64,000 bases of DNA from assembly GCA_963762145.1 (NCBI GenBank), contig CAVXJS010000011.1, forward strand, positions 352,001-416,000, written 5' to 3'. Positions 1-9,932 of the stretch are shown in pieces (position 1 is the stretch's first letter; the number at the start of each line of letters is the position of its first letter). A model generated the notes under the pieces. That model worked only from the letters and a program-made list of their open reading frames with translations. It was not told where the DNA came from and did no database searches. Both the position numbers and the translations under genes were made by a program. The stretch is from an uncultured Candidatus Rokubacteria bacterium. Lineage in GTDB: Bacteria > Methylomirabilota > Methylomirabilia > Rokubacteriales > CSP1-6.

Positions 1-1
1 G

Positions 2-505
2 CCCATCGGCGCCCTCATCGCGATGGTTTCTCGCCACCGCGGCGCGCGCGTCATCGTGAGCGAGATCAACCCGTACCGGATCGAGCTGCTGCGGGGCCTC
101 GGGCTCGAGGTGATCGGGATGGACGCCGACCCGGTGCGCTTCGTCGACGAGTGGACCGAGGGGCAGGGGGTGGACGTGGCCTTCGAGGTCACCGGCCATC
201 CGGCCGCCGCGCGCGTGATGACCGAGACGGTGCGCGTCTGGGGCACGGTGAGCATCGTGGCCATTCACTCCGAGCCGACGCCGGTGAACCTCTACCCGAT
301 GTTCGCGCGCGAGGTCACCATGCACGGCAGCCGCCTGTACAACCGCGAGGACTGGGAGGAGGCCATCCGCCTGGCCGCCTCCGGCGCGGTGACGCTCGCC
401 CCGCTCGTGAGCCGCAAGATCCCGCTCGAGGGCCTGCAGGAGGGCATGGAGGAGGCGCTGCGCGGGGGGCCGGTGATGAAGGTGCTGGTGGACCTGACCG
501 CCTGA
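2..505 (+). CDS. Zn-dependent alcohol dehydrogenase (MDR family, sorbitol/threonine-DH-like), 5'-truncated by the window edge
   Basis: Frame opens PIGALIAM (end of GxGxxG); also GVDVAFEVTG and C-terminal MKVLV. Confidence 0.85.
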   Translation, partial: PIGALIAMVSRHRGARVIVSEINPYRIELLRGLGLEVIGMDADPVRFVDEWTEGQGVDVAFEVTGHPAAARVMTETVRVWGTVSIVAIHSEPTPVNLYPMFAREVTMHGSRLYNREDWEEAIRLAASGAVTLAPLVSRKIPLEGLQEGMEEALRGGPVMKVLVDLTA

Positions 506-540
506 GTCCTCGAGATCCCCGCAGCGGTACGGCTACTCGA

Positions 541-1260
541 ATGGTTCCCCGGCTGACCGCTCTCGTCGCCGCGGCGGTCGTCGCGGGGTGCGTCGCGAGC
601 GCGCCGCCCGGCGAGTCCCCACCCGGCGTCCGGCGCCTGCTCCCGGCCGAGCCGGCCGCGGCGATCCTCTACGTGGCGCTGGGTGACAGCACGGTCGAAG
701 GCGTCGGCGCTAGCTCTCCCGCCCACAACTACGTGGGCCGGCTTCATGAGCGGCTCCGCGCGGTCTATCCTCAGGCGCGGCTGAGGAACCTCGGGGTGGG
801 GGGCGCCACGGCCTCCGGGGTGTTGAGCCGGCAGCTTCCGCGGGCTCTCGAGCTCCAGCCCGATCTCGTCACGCTCTCGGTCGGCCCCAACGACATCACC
901 GACAAGCGCGATCTCGAGCGCTACGCTCGCGATATCGACGCGATCCTCCGCGCCCTCACCCGTGGGACCAGCGCGGTCGTGGTCGTCAATCTCATCCCCG
1001 ATCTCACGGTCACGCCCCGGTTCAGCGGCACGGAGATCGAGCCGCGCGTGCGCGAGCGGGTGATCGCCTTCAACGAGGTTCTGGTGCGTCAGGCGCGCGC
1101 GTACGGTGCGGAAGTCGTGGACCTCTACGCCGCGAGCCAGCGCGAGGTGCCGGGCCGCCCCGATCTCATCGGGCCCGACCGGTATCATCCGTCGGACGAA
1201 GGGTACGCGCGCTGGGCCGAACTGATGTGGCCAGGTATCGAGGCGCGAATCGGGCGCTGA
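541..1260 (+). CDS. SGNH/GDSL hydrolase, probable lipoprotein
   Basis: ALGDS, GPND and DRYHP catalytic blocks; signal peptide with VAGC lipobox; ATG at 541 lies inside ORF 151..1260. Confidence 0.85.
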   Translation: MVPRLTALVAAAVVAGCVASAPPGESPPGVRRLLPAEPAAAILYVALGDSTVEGVGASSPAHNYVGRLHERLRAVYPQARLRNLGVGGATASGVLSRQLPRALELQPDLVTLSVGPNDITDKRDLERYARDIDAILRALTRGTSAVVVVNLIPDLTVTPRFSGTEIEPRVRERVIAFNEVLVRQARAYGAEVVDLYAASQREVPGRPDLIGPDRYHPSDEGYARWAELMWPGIEARIGR

Positions 1261-1272
1261 GCCGAGCGAAGT

Positions 1273-1314
1273 CCCCTCACCCTGCCCTCTCCCCTCTGGG
1301 GAGAGGGCAGGGTG
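1273..1314. repeat. BoxC/REP-like palindromic repeat, copy 1 (perfect 17-bp stem, 3-nt loop) between convergent genes
   Basis: CACCCTGCCCTCTCCCC-TCT-GGGGAGAGGGCAGGGTG at 1278-1314. Confidence 0.8.
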
Positions 1315-1321
1315 CAGCGGG

Positions 1322-1498
1322 CTACTTGTCCTTGATCGCGGCCTGGACCTTGGCCGCCATGTCGGGCGGGATCGTCGCGATACCGTGATCCTTCCGGGCG
1401 TGCTCGGCGCCCTTGGCCAGCACCTCGGCCACGTCCTTGCCCTCGATCACCGTGTTGCAGCCGGCCATCAGGTCACCACACCGAAGAACCTTCGCCAT
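1322..1498 (-). CDS. DUF1059-like small metal-binding protein (58 aa), absent from the ORF track
   Basis: Manual translation MAKVLRCGDLMAGCNTVIEGKDVAEVLAKGAEHARKDHGIATIPPDMAAKVQAAIKDK; GGAGG RBS upstream; C-x6-C and H-x4-H pattern. Confidence 0.8.
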   Translation of the reverse strand: MAKVLRCGDLMAGCNTVIEGKDVAEVLAKGAEHARKDHGIATIPPDMAAKVQAAIKDK

Positions 1499-1535
1499 GA
1501 TCAGTCCTCCTTCTCGTATCTGCGGTCGGGTTGCG

Positions 1536-2500
1536 CTATCGCCCGGGCGAGACGATCAGGTTGCTCGGCTTGCCCTGGAGGTAGTTCTCGATATTGGCCA
1601 CCGCGGCGAGGAGCCCGTCGCGGATGACCTCGGGCGTCTGGCCCGCGTTGTGGGGCGAGACGACCACGTTGGGCAGGGTCAGGATCGGGTCGTCGGCGGC
1701 CAGCGGCTCCTGGTGGAAGACGTCGAGGCCGGCGCCCAGGAGGCGGCGCTCGCGCAGCGCGGCCAGCAGCGCCTCCCGGTCCACCAGCGCGCCCCGGCCG
1801 GTGTTCACCAGGATGGCGGTGGGCTTCATCATCGCGAGCTCCTTGCGGCCCAGGAAGTTGCGCGTCTCCGGGGTGAGCCGCACGTGCAGGCTCACCACGT
1901 CCGCGGTCGAGAGGATCTCCTCCTTGGAGGCCGGCTTGGCGCCGGTCTTGCGGATGCGCGCCTCGTCGCCCAGCGCGCTCCAGCCGAGCACGTTCATGCC
2001 GATGCCGCGCGCGATGCGTGGCGAGGCGCCCGCCGATGGCGCCCATGCCGAAGACGCCCAGGGTCTTGCCGACGGAGCTGGGTCAGCATCTCGCGCGGCC
2101 AGCGGCCCTGGCGCATCTCCGCGTCGATCGTCAGGATCCGGCGCCCCACCACCAGCATGAGGGTGAGCGCGTGCTCGGCGACCGCGAAGGCGTTGATGCC
2201 GGGGGTGTTGCAGACGGTGATCCCGCGCATGCCCGCCGCGTTGAGATCGATGTTGTCGGTGCCGGTGCCCCACACCGAGACGATCTTGAGCTTGGGGCAG
2301 GCCACGAACACCGCCTCGCTGAAGCGGGCGTGGGCGCGGATATTGAGCGCGGCCTGGGCGTCGCCGATGCGGCGGATCAGCTCCACTTCCTGGTCGGCGC
2401 CGCGCTCGGTGAAGACGCGCACCGCGCCCAGGCGCTTGGCCCGCTGATGCGCCTCGCTGCCGTCGAAGACGGAGGGGAAGTCGTCCGGGGCGACGATCAC
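1536..2500 (-). CDS. D-2-hydroxyacid dehydrogenase (SerA/GhrB-like), frameshifted
   Basis: GTGTDNID, NTPG..AVAEH, VNTGRG, GLDVF..EP and SPHNAG, split over ORFs 1994..2572 and 1536..3515. Confidence 0.8.
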
Positions 2501-3723
2501 GCGGCGGCCCCGAGAACACGGCCTGGGCGGCGGACACGCCGGCGCCCGCCTCGCTCCGGTAGCCGAGGTCACGCAGGGTCATCTCGATCGCGGAGAGCGT
2601 GGGCAGCACGTACATCGGGCTCGAGGTGATGCCCATGTGCCCGACCCGCAGCGTGCTCGTGCGGATCTTGTCGAGGCCGGTGCCGATCAGGATGCCGTAG
2701 CGGTCGCGCATGTGGGTGACCACCGCGGCCGGATCGATCCCGTCCGGCGTCTTGAAGCACGAGACCGTGTTGGACACGAGCGACGCGTCCGGGAACATCT
2801 GCAGGCGCATGGCCTCGACGCCGGCGCGGAACGCGCGTCCCGCGACCGCGTGGCGGCGGAAGCGGTGGGCGAGGCCTTCTTCCAGGATGAGCCGGGCGGC
2901 GACTCCCAGGGCCTGGGTGAGGTGGGTCGGGATCGAGACCGGCTGCCGCCGCGGGCTGCCGTCGGGGATCTGGCCGCCGCGGGAGGTGGGGATCCAGTTC
3001 TCCTTCCAGCGGAGGAGATCGTAGGCCCACGAGCTGGCCTTGTGCTTGCGGCGCTCCATCGCCTCCCACGCGGCGGGGCTCACCGACACGATCGCCATCC
3101 CGAGCGGCGCGGCGAGGCACTTCTGCGAGCCGGTCATGTTGAAGTCCACGCCCCACTCGTCGGTGCGCACGTCGAGGCCGGCGAGGGAGGAGACGGTGTC
3201 GAGCATGAAGAGCGCGCCGTGGCGCTTCACGATGCGGCCCACCTCGGCGGCGGGATAGGTGGTGCCGGTGGACGTTTCGTTGTGGACCATCGAGACGACC
3301 TTGGGCTTCACGCGCTCGACGTCCTTCTCGAGCCGAGCCAGGTCGAGGGGCTGGCCCCACTCCACGGCGTGCTCGGTGACCTCGGCGCCCGCGCGCGTCA
3401 TGATCTCGCGCATGAGGGAGCCGAAGACGCCCGCCACCACCACGAGGGCCCGATCGCCCGGCTCGAGCACCGAGATCGCGGAGGCCTCGAGCGCGGTGCG
3501 GCCCGATCCGGGCATCGCGATGACCTCGCCGCGCGCTCGTCTGGAAGATGTCCCGCAGCGCGAGGGTCACCGGCTCCAGGACCTTCACGTCGAAGTTCAT
3601 GTCGTACTGGATGGTGGCCGGCTGATTCATCGCCTGGACGACCGGGAACGGCAGCTCGGTCGGGCCCGGGATCATCAGGATCGGATGGGAGTGGGTCACT
3701 CCCCACCGGATGGTGGAATCCAT
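2497..3723 (-). CDS. Class V PLP aminotransferase (alanine-glyoxylate/serine-pyruvate type), frameshifted
   Basis: LMIPGPT, HNETSTG, DTVSS, GSQKCL (PLP lysine), RVGHMG; frameshift near 3530. Confidence 0.85.
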
Positions 3724-3753
3724 GAGGCAGCTCCTTTGCCGGCCGGAGCCGGG

Positions 3754-4041
3754 CTACACGCTGGCCTGGGCCAGGCCGCTCTGCTTGCGACGGATCAGGT
3801 AGAGGTTGCGCAGGTACACGAACAGGCCGGCTCCCTGGCCGAGGATGAAGACGGGGTCCAGGCGGTAGATGGCGTAGATCAGCAGGGTGAGGCCGCCGCC
3901 GATGGAGAAGAACCAGAACGAGATGGGGATCACGCTCTCCTTCTTGCGCTCGGAGGCGATCCACTGAACGAGGAAGCGCCCCGAGAAGAACGCCTGTCCG
4001 AGGAATCCCACCGTCAACCAGAGATGCTCTGAGGTCATCAT
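3754..4041 (-). CDS. Lipid-A-disaccharide synthase N-terminal (LAB_N) domain membrane protein
   Basis: GQAFFSGRFLVQWIASE...FWFFS...DPVFILGQ...YLRN signature. Confidence 0.85.
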   Translation of the reverse strand: MMTSEHLWLTVGFLGQAFFSGRFLVQWIASERKKESVIPISFWFFSIGGGLTLLIYAIYRLDPVFILGQGAGLFVYLRNLYLIRRKQSGLAQASV

Positions 4042-4136
4042 AGCTCCACTCTCCACGCTGGCTCGACCCTCCGTGCTAGAATTCAGCCATTCACGTTACC
4101 GGACATCCCCGGGGGCCGCAAGGAGTTTCGTCGACC

Positions 4137-4623
4137 GTGCGACGCATCGATCAGGCGCTGGTGGACGAAGTCTGGCGCGAGACCGCGTCGTACCCGCCCG
4201 GGCGGGTCGACGAGGAGGCGCGCGACTTCCTGGGCCGGCAGCCGCACGTGGCCGCCTTCGCCCACTCGGTCACCCGCGAGCAGGACGCCTCCGTGCAGCG
4301 CGCCGCGCTGGGGCTCTGCTTCCTCCTCTTCAAGGTCCTGGAGCGCAGTCTCGGGCACCCGTTCCCGCTCCTCTCCGAGTCCCGCATCCAGGACGCGCAC
4401 CAGGCGGTGACGGAGTGGCTCGACACGCTGGACGGACGGCGCGGAGTCGGACCGGGTGCTCGAGACGGTGAGCGCGCCCGGCCACCCGACGCTGCCCGCC
4501 TACATCATCGCGGTGTTCTACGGGGAGGGCGCCGAGGGCTGTGACGAGCGGGTCCGCGCCGGGTTCGCGCTGATGCTGCGCACGCTGACCGACGCGCTCG
4601 ACGTGGGCCAGGTGGAAGCCTGA
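4137..4623 (+). CDS. Hypothetical protein, frameshifted near 4440
   Basis: Coding-like ORF 4137..4544 continues in another frame (HPTLPAYIIAVFY...) to TGA at 4621. Confidence 0.55.
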
Positions 4624-4653
4624 AGAGCTGTGACGTCCTGATCGGCGCCGCGT

Positions 4654-4819
4654 CGGGAGGGGGAGGCCGCGGGGGCGAGGGGTGGGCCTCTGATCACGAC
4701 CCGTGGTCTCGTTTCTCGCAGTCAGGAGTTCCCAATCCGGGAGCGATAGATTCCTGGCTTCCGTCGGCGGGGAGCGCATCACCCGGCCCACCCTTCGCCC
4801 CCGCGGCCTCCCCCTCCCG
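4654..4819. repeat. 35-bp inverted repeat pair (1 mismatch) around a 96-bp spacer; MITE/REP-like
   Basis: 4654-4688 matches the reverse complement of 4785-4819. Confidence 0.8.
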
Positions 4820-4853
4820 GTTGCCCGGGATCGAGCACACCGCGGCGGAAGGA

Positions 4854-5180
4854 CTAGACGGGCTCGGTGGGGCCGGACGTGATCGCGATGACGAGCGCGC
4901 CGGTGGGGCTGGTGACGGTGTGGACGCAGCCGGGCGGGCGCCGCGCGTAGTTGCCGGCCGTGCACACGCCGGTGTCGTCCGCGACGCTGCCCTCGAGCAC
5001 GTAGATCTGCTCGTCGCCGAGATGCCGGTGGCGGGGAACGGTCGCCCCGGGCTCGTAGCGCATCAGGATGGCCTTGTGGGGGCCCTCCTCCCAGAGCGTC
5101 TTCCAGAAGACGCCCGGCCGGCGCTCGACCCACGGCACGGTGCTGGTGGTCACGAAGAGGCTGACGGGCGGGGTGGTCAC
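4854..5180 (-). CDS. ChrR-like cupin domain protein
   Basis: PRHRH..DEQIYVLEG...PPGCVH cupin motifs. Confidence 0.8.
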   Translation of the reverse strand: MTTPPVSLFVTTSTVPWVERRPGVFWKTLWEEGPHKAILMRYEPGATVPRHRHLGDEQIYVLEGSVADDTGVCTAGNYARRPPGCVHTVTSPTGALVIAITSGPTEPV

Positions 5181-5205
5181 GGGAGCGGTCTCCTTCCGGG
5201 CGATC

Positions 5206-5760
5206 TCAGCGCCCGGCGTCGCGCAGGGCCTGCTTGATGGCGTCGCGGAACTCCTCGAGGGGCAGGGCGCCCTCGATCTTCCGCTGGTTGATGAAGAACG
5301 TGGGGGTGGCGCGCACGCCGGCCTCGCGCCCCTCGCGCTGCTCGGCCAGGACCGCGTCGCGGAACCGGCCGGTGTCGAGACACTCGGTGAACGCGGGCGC
5401 GTCGAGCCCGAGGCGCCGCGCGTAGCCGATCAGATGGTCGCGGGAGAGGTCGGGCTGGGCCACGAAGAGGAGATCGTGGTACTCCCAGTAGCGTCCCTGG
5501 GCGCCCGCGCAGCGGGCGGCCAGCGCGGCGGGCAGCGCGTTGGGGTGGGAGCGCAGGGGGAAGTCCTTGAACACGAGGCGCACCGTGTCGCGGGAACTCG
5601 GCCTGCAGCCGCTGGAGGACCTCCTGGGCGCGCTTGCAGAAGGGGCACTCGTAGTCGCTCCACTCGAAGATCGGTGACCGGGGCCGAGGCCGGGCCCTTC
5701 GTCATCGCGGGATCCGCGGTGAACCGCGGCGCGTCCTGCGCGCGCCCGCGGTCGCGATCC
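5206..5760 (-). CDS. DsbA/BdbD-like thioredoxin-fold protein, frameshifted; start uncertain
   Basis: KGPASAPVT..EWSDYECPFC (read manually), FKDFPL, GVRATPTFFIN cis-Pro loop. Confidence 0.8.
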   Translation of the reverse strand, partial: GSRPRARAGRAAVHRGSRDDEGPGLGPGHRSSSGATTSAPSASAPRRSSSGCRPSSRDTVRLVFKDFPLRSHPNALPAALAARCAGAQGRYWEYHDLLFVAQPDLSRDHLIGYARRLGLDAPAFTECLDTGRFRDAVLAEQREGREAGVRATPTFFINQRKIEGALPLEEFRDAIKQALRDAGR

Positions 5761-5820
5761 ACAGCGCCAGGGCGACCAGGCCGGCCGCCGACGCGGAGGG
5801 TGTAGACTCGGACGCGAGCG

Positions 5821-6190
5821 ATGGGCTTCGTCCTTCGGATCATCGTGTACACGCTGGCCCTCTTGGTGGCCGCGCACGTGGTGCCGGGCATCCGGCTCGA
5901 CGGCTTGCTTCCGCGCTGGTGGCGGGCTTGCTGCTGGGCCTCGTCAACGCGATCGTGCGGCCGGTCCTGGTCGTGCTCACGTTCCCGATCACGCTGCTGA
6001 CCCTGGGGCTCTTCCTGTTCGTCCTCAACGCCTTCTGCCTGTGGCTGGTCGCCGTCTTCGTCGCCGGCTTCCACGTGGCCGGCTTCTGGTCCGCGTTCTG
6101 GGCGCGCTGGTCGTGAGCGTGGTGAGCTGGATCGTCACCGCGCTGGTCAGCGACAGCGGCCAGGTCGAGGTCCTCGAGCGCCGGCGCTGA
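5821..6190 (+). CDS. YvlD/DUF360 four-TM membrane protein (phage holin family-like), frameshifted
   Basis: LGLVNAIVRPVLVVLTFPITLLTLGLFLFVLNA signature. Confidence 0.8.
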
Positions 6191-6194
6191 GGCG

Positions 6195-6232
6195 CCCCTC
6201 ACCCTGCCGCTCTCCCCAGTGGGGGACGGAGA
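6195..6232. repeat. BoxC/REP-like repeat, copy 2 (degenerate)
   Basis: CCCCTCACCCTGCCGCTCTCCCCAGTGGGGGACGGAGA between convergent genes. Confidence 0.7.
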
Positions 6233-6236
6233 CGGC

Positions 6237-6998
6237 CTAGGCGGCGCGGTCGGACTCGACCGAGGTGATGATGTAGGTGCCGCTCTTGGCGTCGCGCTCG
6301 AGGGTGACGATCTTCTGCTTGGCCGCCTCCTCCAGGAGCTTCGAGAACGTCGAGTAGCCGTAGTAGGACTCGTTGAAGGCGGGGTTCTTCCGGATCATGG
6401 TCTGCTTGACCATCGAGCCCCACAGCGTGTCCTTGTTCTCGCGCTGCAGCGCCTGGACGGCCTCGATGAGCTGGGCGAAGGCCTCGGCCTTCTTCTCGGG
6501 CAGCCCGCGCAGGGCGGTGGTCTTCTTCGACTCGCGGATGAGGTCCTCGTAGAAGATGAACTCGTCGCAGTTGCCGACCAGGAGCTCGGACGAGGAGGAC
6601 TTGACCCCGAGCCCGATCACGTAGCGGTCGTTCTCCCGCAGCTTGGACACGAGCGGCGAGAAGTCGGAGTCGCCCGAGACCAGCGCGAAGCTGTCGACAT
6701 GCTGCTTGGAGTAGGCCAGGTCCATCGCGTCCACCACCATGCGGATGTCGGCCGAGTTCTTGCCGCTGTAGCGGCTCTGGGGGACGTCGATCAGCTCGAT
6801 GGCGTGCTCGTGGAAGGGCCGCTTGTACTCGGCGTAGCGGTTCCAGTCCGCGTAGGCCCGCTTGACCATGATCTTGCCCTTCTCGACCAGCCGCTCCAGC
6901 ACCAGCTTGATCTCGAACTGCTTGTACTGCGCTTCCTTGACGCCGCGGACGATGTTCTCGAAATCCATGAACATCGCCAGCTTCCGGTCGTCACTCAT
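6237..6998 (-). CDS. NYN-domain (LabA/DUF88) protein with C-terminal OST-HTH/LOTUS domain
   Basis: FMDFEN, GKNSADI..VVDA, LVSGDSDF; C-terminal FNESYYGYSTFSKLL. Confidence 0.9.
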   Translation of the reverse strand: MSDDRKLAMFMDFENIVRGVKEAQYKQFEIKLVLERLVEKGKIMVKRAYADWNRYAEYKRPFHEHAIELIDVPQSRYSGKNSADIRMVVDAMDLAYSKQHVDSFALVSGDSDFSPLVSKLRENDRYVIGLGVKSSSSELLVGNCDEFIFYEDLIRESKKTTALRGLPEKKAEAFAQLIEAVQALQRENKDTLWGSMVKQTMIRKNPAFNESYYGYSTFSKLLEEAAKQKIVTLERDAKSGTYIITSVESDRAA

Positions 6999-7153
6999 GC
7001 CTTGCCGTCCCTCCCGCTCCCCAGGGCGTTCCGGCGCCGGTGCTCCAGGGCGGGCCCGTGCCCACCCCCTCGCCGGTCTTCATTATAGGGCCGACATTTG
7101 ACAGCGGCGTGACATCGGGCAGCGCCGCCGGCCGGGTAGACCTCGGCGGAGCC

Positions 7154-7685
7154 ATGAGACGGATCCGCAGCGCTTGCACCTGACGGTGGCCATGCTGCCG
7201 TGGTCGGGTCCGGGCGCCCGGCGAGGCCGCCGGCACCTGGTGACAGGTGGGCCAGCCCGCGCCCGAGATCACCGGCGGGCCCTGGATCAACAGCGAGCCG
7301 CTGTCGCTCGGCGGGGCTGCGCGGGCGCGTGGTGCTTGTGGAGTTCTGGACCTACGGCTGATACAACTGCAAGAACGTGATCCCGCAGTTGCGGGACTGG
7401 CACGCGAAGTACGAGAGGCAGGGGCTGACCATCGTCGGCGTCCACTCGCCCGGAGTTCTTCTGGGAGAAGCCGACCGAGAAGGTGGCCGCGGCGACCGAG
7501 GAGCTGGGCGTGAAGTACCCGGTGGTGCAGGACAATGACTTCGCGATCTGGCGCCGCTACCGCAACTGGGCGTGGCCGGCCGCGGTGCATCGTGGACAAG
7601 AAGGGCGTCGTCCGCTACACCCACATCGGCGAGGGGGCCTACTCCGAGACGGAGCAGCTGATCCGGCGCTCCTGCCGAGCCGTAG
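7154..7685 (+). CDS. DipZ/TlpA-like thioredoxin-fold protein with predicted selenocysteine (UxxC), frameshifted
   Basis: WINSEPLS..GRVVLVEFWTYG-TGA(7359-7361)-YNCKNVIPQL..GVHSPEF..YPVVQDND..WRRY..WAWP..HIGEGAY. Confidence 0.8.
7381..7396 (+). promoter_or_regulatory. Candidate SECIS hairpin downstream of UGA 7359
   Basis: TCCCGC-AGTT-GCGGGA; loop starts 25 nt after the UGA with G at loop position 2; uses the rare TTG Leu codon. Confidence 0.55.
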
Positions 7686-9225
7686 GTGGGTCGCGCGCGC
7701 GAAGCGCTTCGGCTCCTGATCTTCGGCGCGGTCTTCGCCGCCGCCGTCGTGCTGGCCGTGCTCGGCTACTTCTCGCTCCGGCAGTGGGAGGCGTCGGCGG
7801 AGCTGCTGTTCCGCGAGCAGGCGCGCGACATGGCGGCGATGGCGGCCGAGAAGGTGGAGATGGCGGTGCTCAAGGGCCGAGGAGGAGTGCATCGCGCGGC
7901 CTGCAGGCCGCTCGTGCTCGACGCCGGACTTCCGCCCGGACGCGGTGCGAGGCCTGGAAGGCCCAGACACCCGCTCTTCGACGCGTCTACCTCTTCGACC
8001 GCCAGGGCCGGCTGCTCTACCCGGTCGGCTGGACGCGCGACGAGGCGGCGGTCTTCGCCGCGCTCCTCGCGCGAGATCTCCCAGGGCTTCTGGGACCGGG
8101 GCGGGCGGCGCCACTTCGCGGTCGGGCGGCCAGGTGTCCTGGCCGCGGTGATCCCCGGCGCGGCGCGCGGGCCCGTGCTGGTCGGCCCTCGGCCGCAACG
8201 AGGACGCGCTCCGCCGCGACGTGCTGGACAAGACGCTCGGCGGGCTCGAGGGCAAGAGCGTGCTGGCCATCGCTCGACGAGCCGGGCCGGCCCGTCTACA
8301 CCTCGGGGCCGCTCGACGGCGCCGAGCGCGTGCTCACGGTGCCGCTTCGGCGAGGCGCTGCCCGCGTGGCGCGTCGCGCTCTACCAGCCGGCGGGCGCGT
8401 CGCCGCGCGACATGCCGTGCGGCGCCAGGCGATGATCTTCATCGGCCGCCTTCGCGCTGCTGCTCGTCGTGATCGCGCTCGGGCTCGGTCGCGACGTACC
8501 GGCTGGTCCGCCGCGAGTCGGAGATGGCGCGGCTCAAGTCGGACTTCGTGGCCAACGTCTCGCACGACCTCAAGACCCCGCTGTCGCTGATCCGCATGTT
8601 CGCGGAGACCCTCGAGATGGATCGCGTGCCCGACGAGCGCGCGCCGGCGCGAGTACTACGGCGTGATCACGCGCGAGAGCGAGCGGCTCACCCGCCTCAT
8701 CGACAACGTGCTCGACTTCTCCCGGATCGAGAGCGGCCGCCAGCGCTACGACATCGCGCCGGGCCGCGTGGAGCCGATCGTCCACGAGGTGGTGGAGGCG
8801 TTCCGCTATCCGCTCGCCCAGCAGGGCTTCAAGGTCGACGTGGCGATCGCGCCCGACCTGCCGGACGTGCCGCTGGACGGCGCGGCGATGAAGCAGGCGC
8901 TGGCCAACCTGGTGGACAATGCGATCAAGTACTCGGGCGAGCGCCGGCGCCTTCGCGTGGCGGCCCGCCGGGACGGGGGGCGAGGTCGCTGGTCGAGGTC
9001 GCGGACGAGGGCATCGGGATCCCGGCCGCCGAGCGCGAGCGAATCTTCGAGAAGTTCTATCGCATCGGACGGAGCGAGACGCAGGGGCGGCGGGGCAGCG
9101 GCGTCGGGCCTGGCCCTGGTCAAGCACATCGTCGAGGCCCACGGCGGCCGCGTCACGCGTGGAGAGCCGCGCCGGGCGAGGGCAGCCGCTTCACCCTGCA
9201 CCTGCCCCTCGGCGTGAGGGAGTGA
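7686..9225 (+). CDS. Membrane sensor histidine kinase, multiply frameshifted
   Basis: H-box FVANVSHDLKTPL, N-box NLVDNAIKYS, DEGIGI, FEKFYR, GSGVGL. Confidence 0.85.
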
Positions 9226-9230
9226 GCCGG

Positions 9231-9932
9231 ATGCCGCGCATCCTGATCGTGGACGACGAGCCCGAGATGGTGCGCGGGCTGGAGGACAACCTCCGCTTCG
9301 AGGGCTACCAGACCGTCACCGCCGGCGACGGCAAGCAGGGCCTGGCCCTGGCGCTGTCGGAGGCGCCGGACCTGGTCCTGCTCGACGTCATGATGCCGGG
9401 CATGAGCGGCTGGGACGTCTGCCGCGAGCTGCGGCGGCGGGGCCTCGACGTGCCGGTGATCATGCTGACCGCGCGGGGCGAGGAGGTGGACCGCGTGCTG
9501 GGGCTCGAGCTGGGGGCGGACGACTACGTCACCAAGCCGTTCAGCCTGCGCGAGCTGCTGGCGCGCATCCGCGCGGTGCTGCGCCGGCCGGGCCCGCGGC
9601 AGAAGTTCGAGGAGTTCGCCTTCGGCGACGTGCGGGTGCACCTGCGGGCGCGGCAGGCCTTCAAGGCGGGTCACGAGGTGCGGCTCACCCGCAAGGAGTT
9701 CGACCTGCTGCGCTACCTGGTGGAGCACCCGGGCGAGGTGATCACGCGCGATCGGCTGCTGGACGAGGTGTGGGGCTATGAGCGGTTCCCGACCACGCGG
9801 ACGGTGGACACGCATATCCTGAGGCTGCGGCAGAAGTTCGAGCGACGATCCCGGAGCGGCCCGGCGCACATCCTGACCGCGCACGGCCAGGGCTACCGGT
9901 TCGCCGGTACGCCGAGAGGAGCGCGACCATGA
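9231..9932 (+). CDS. OmpR-family response regulator
   Basis: ILIVDD, LLDVMMP, GADDYVTKPF, winged-helix RTVDTHILRLRQK. Confidence 0.9.
   Translation: MPRILIVDDEPEMVRGLEDNLRFEGYQTVTAGDGKQGLALALSEAPDLVLLDVMMPGMSGWDVCRELRRRGLDVPVIMLTARGEEVDRVLGLELGADDYVTKPFSLRELLARIRAVLRRPGPRQKFEEFAFGDVRVHLRARQAFKAGHEVRLTRKEFDLLRYLVEHPGEVITRDRLLDEVWGYERFPTTRTVDTHILRLRQKFERRSRSGPAHILTAHGQGYRFAGTPRGARP

Noticed and set aside
1536-3723. Aminotransferase-dehydrogenase fusion suggested by ORF 1536..3515
   Set aside because: The joining segment is out-of-frame text; a single indel near 2510 restores a TGA/GTG overlap between two separate genes.
5600-5680. Selenocysteine in the DsbA-like protein (and in TlpA at 57775)
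   Set aside because: Both motifs (CPFC, CEPC) use ordinary TGC codons.
5821-6190. Prophage, suggested by a holin-family gene
   Set aside because: The YvlD/DUF360 family is commonly chromosomal and no phage genes are nearby.
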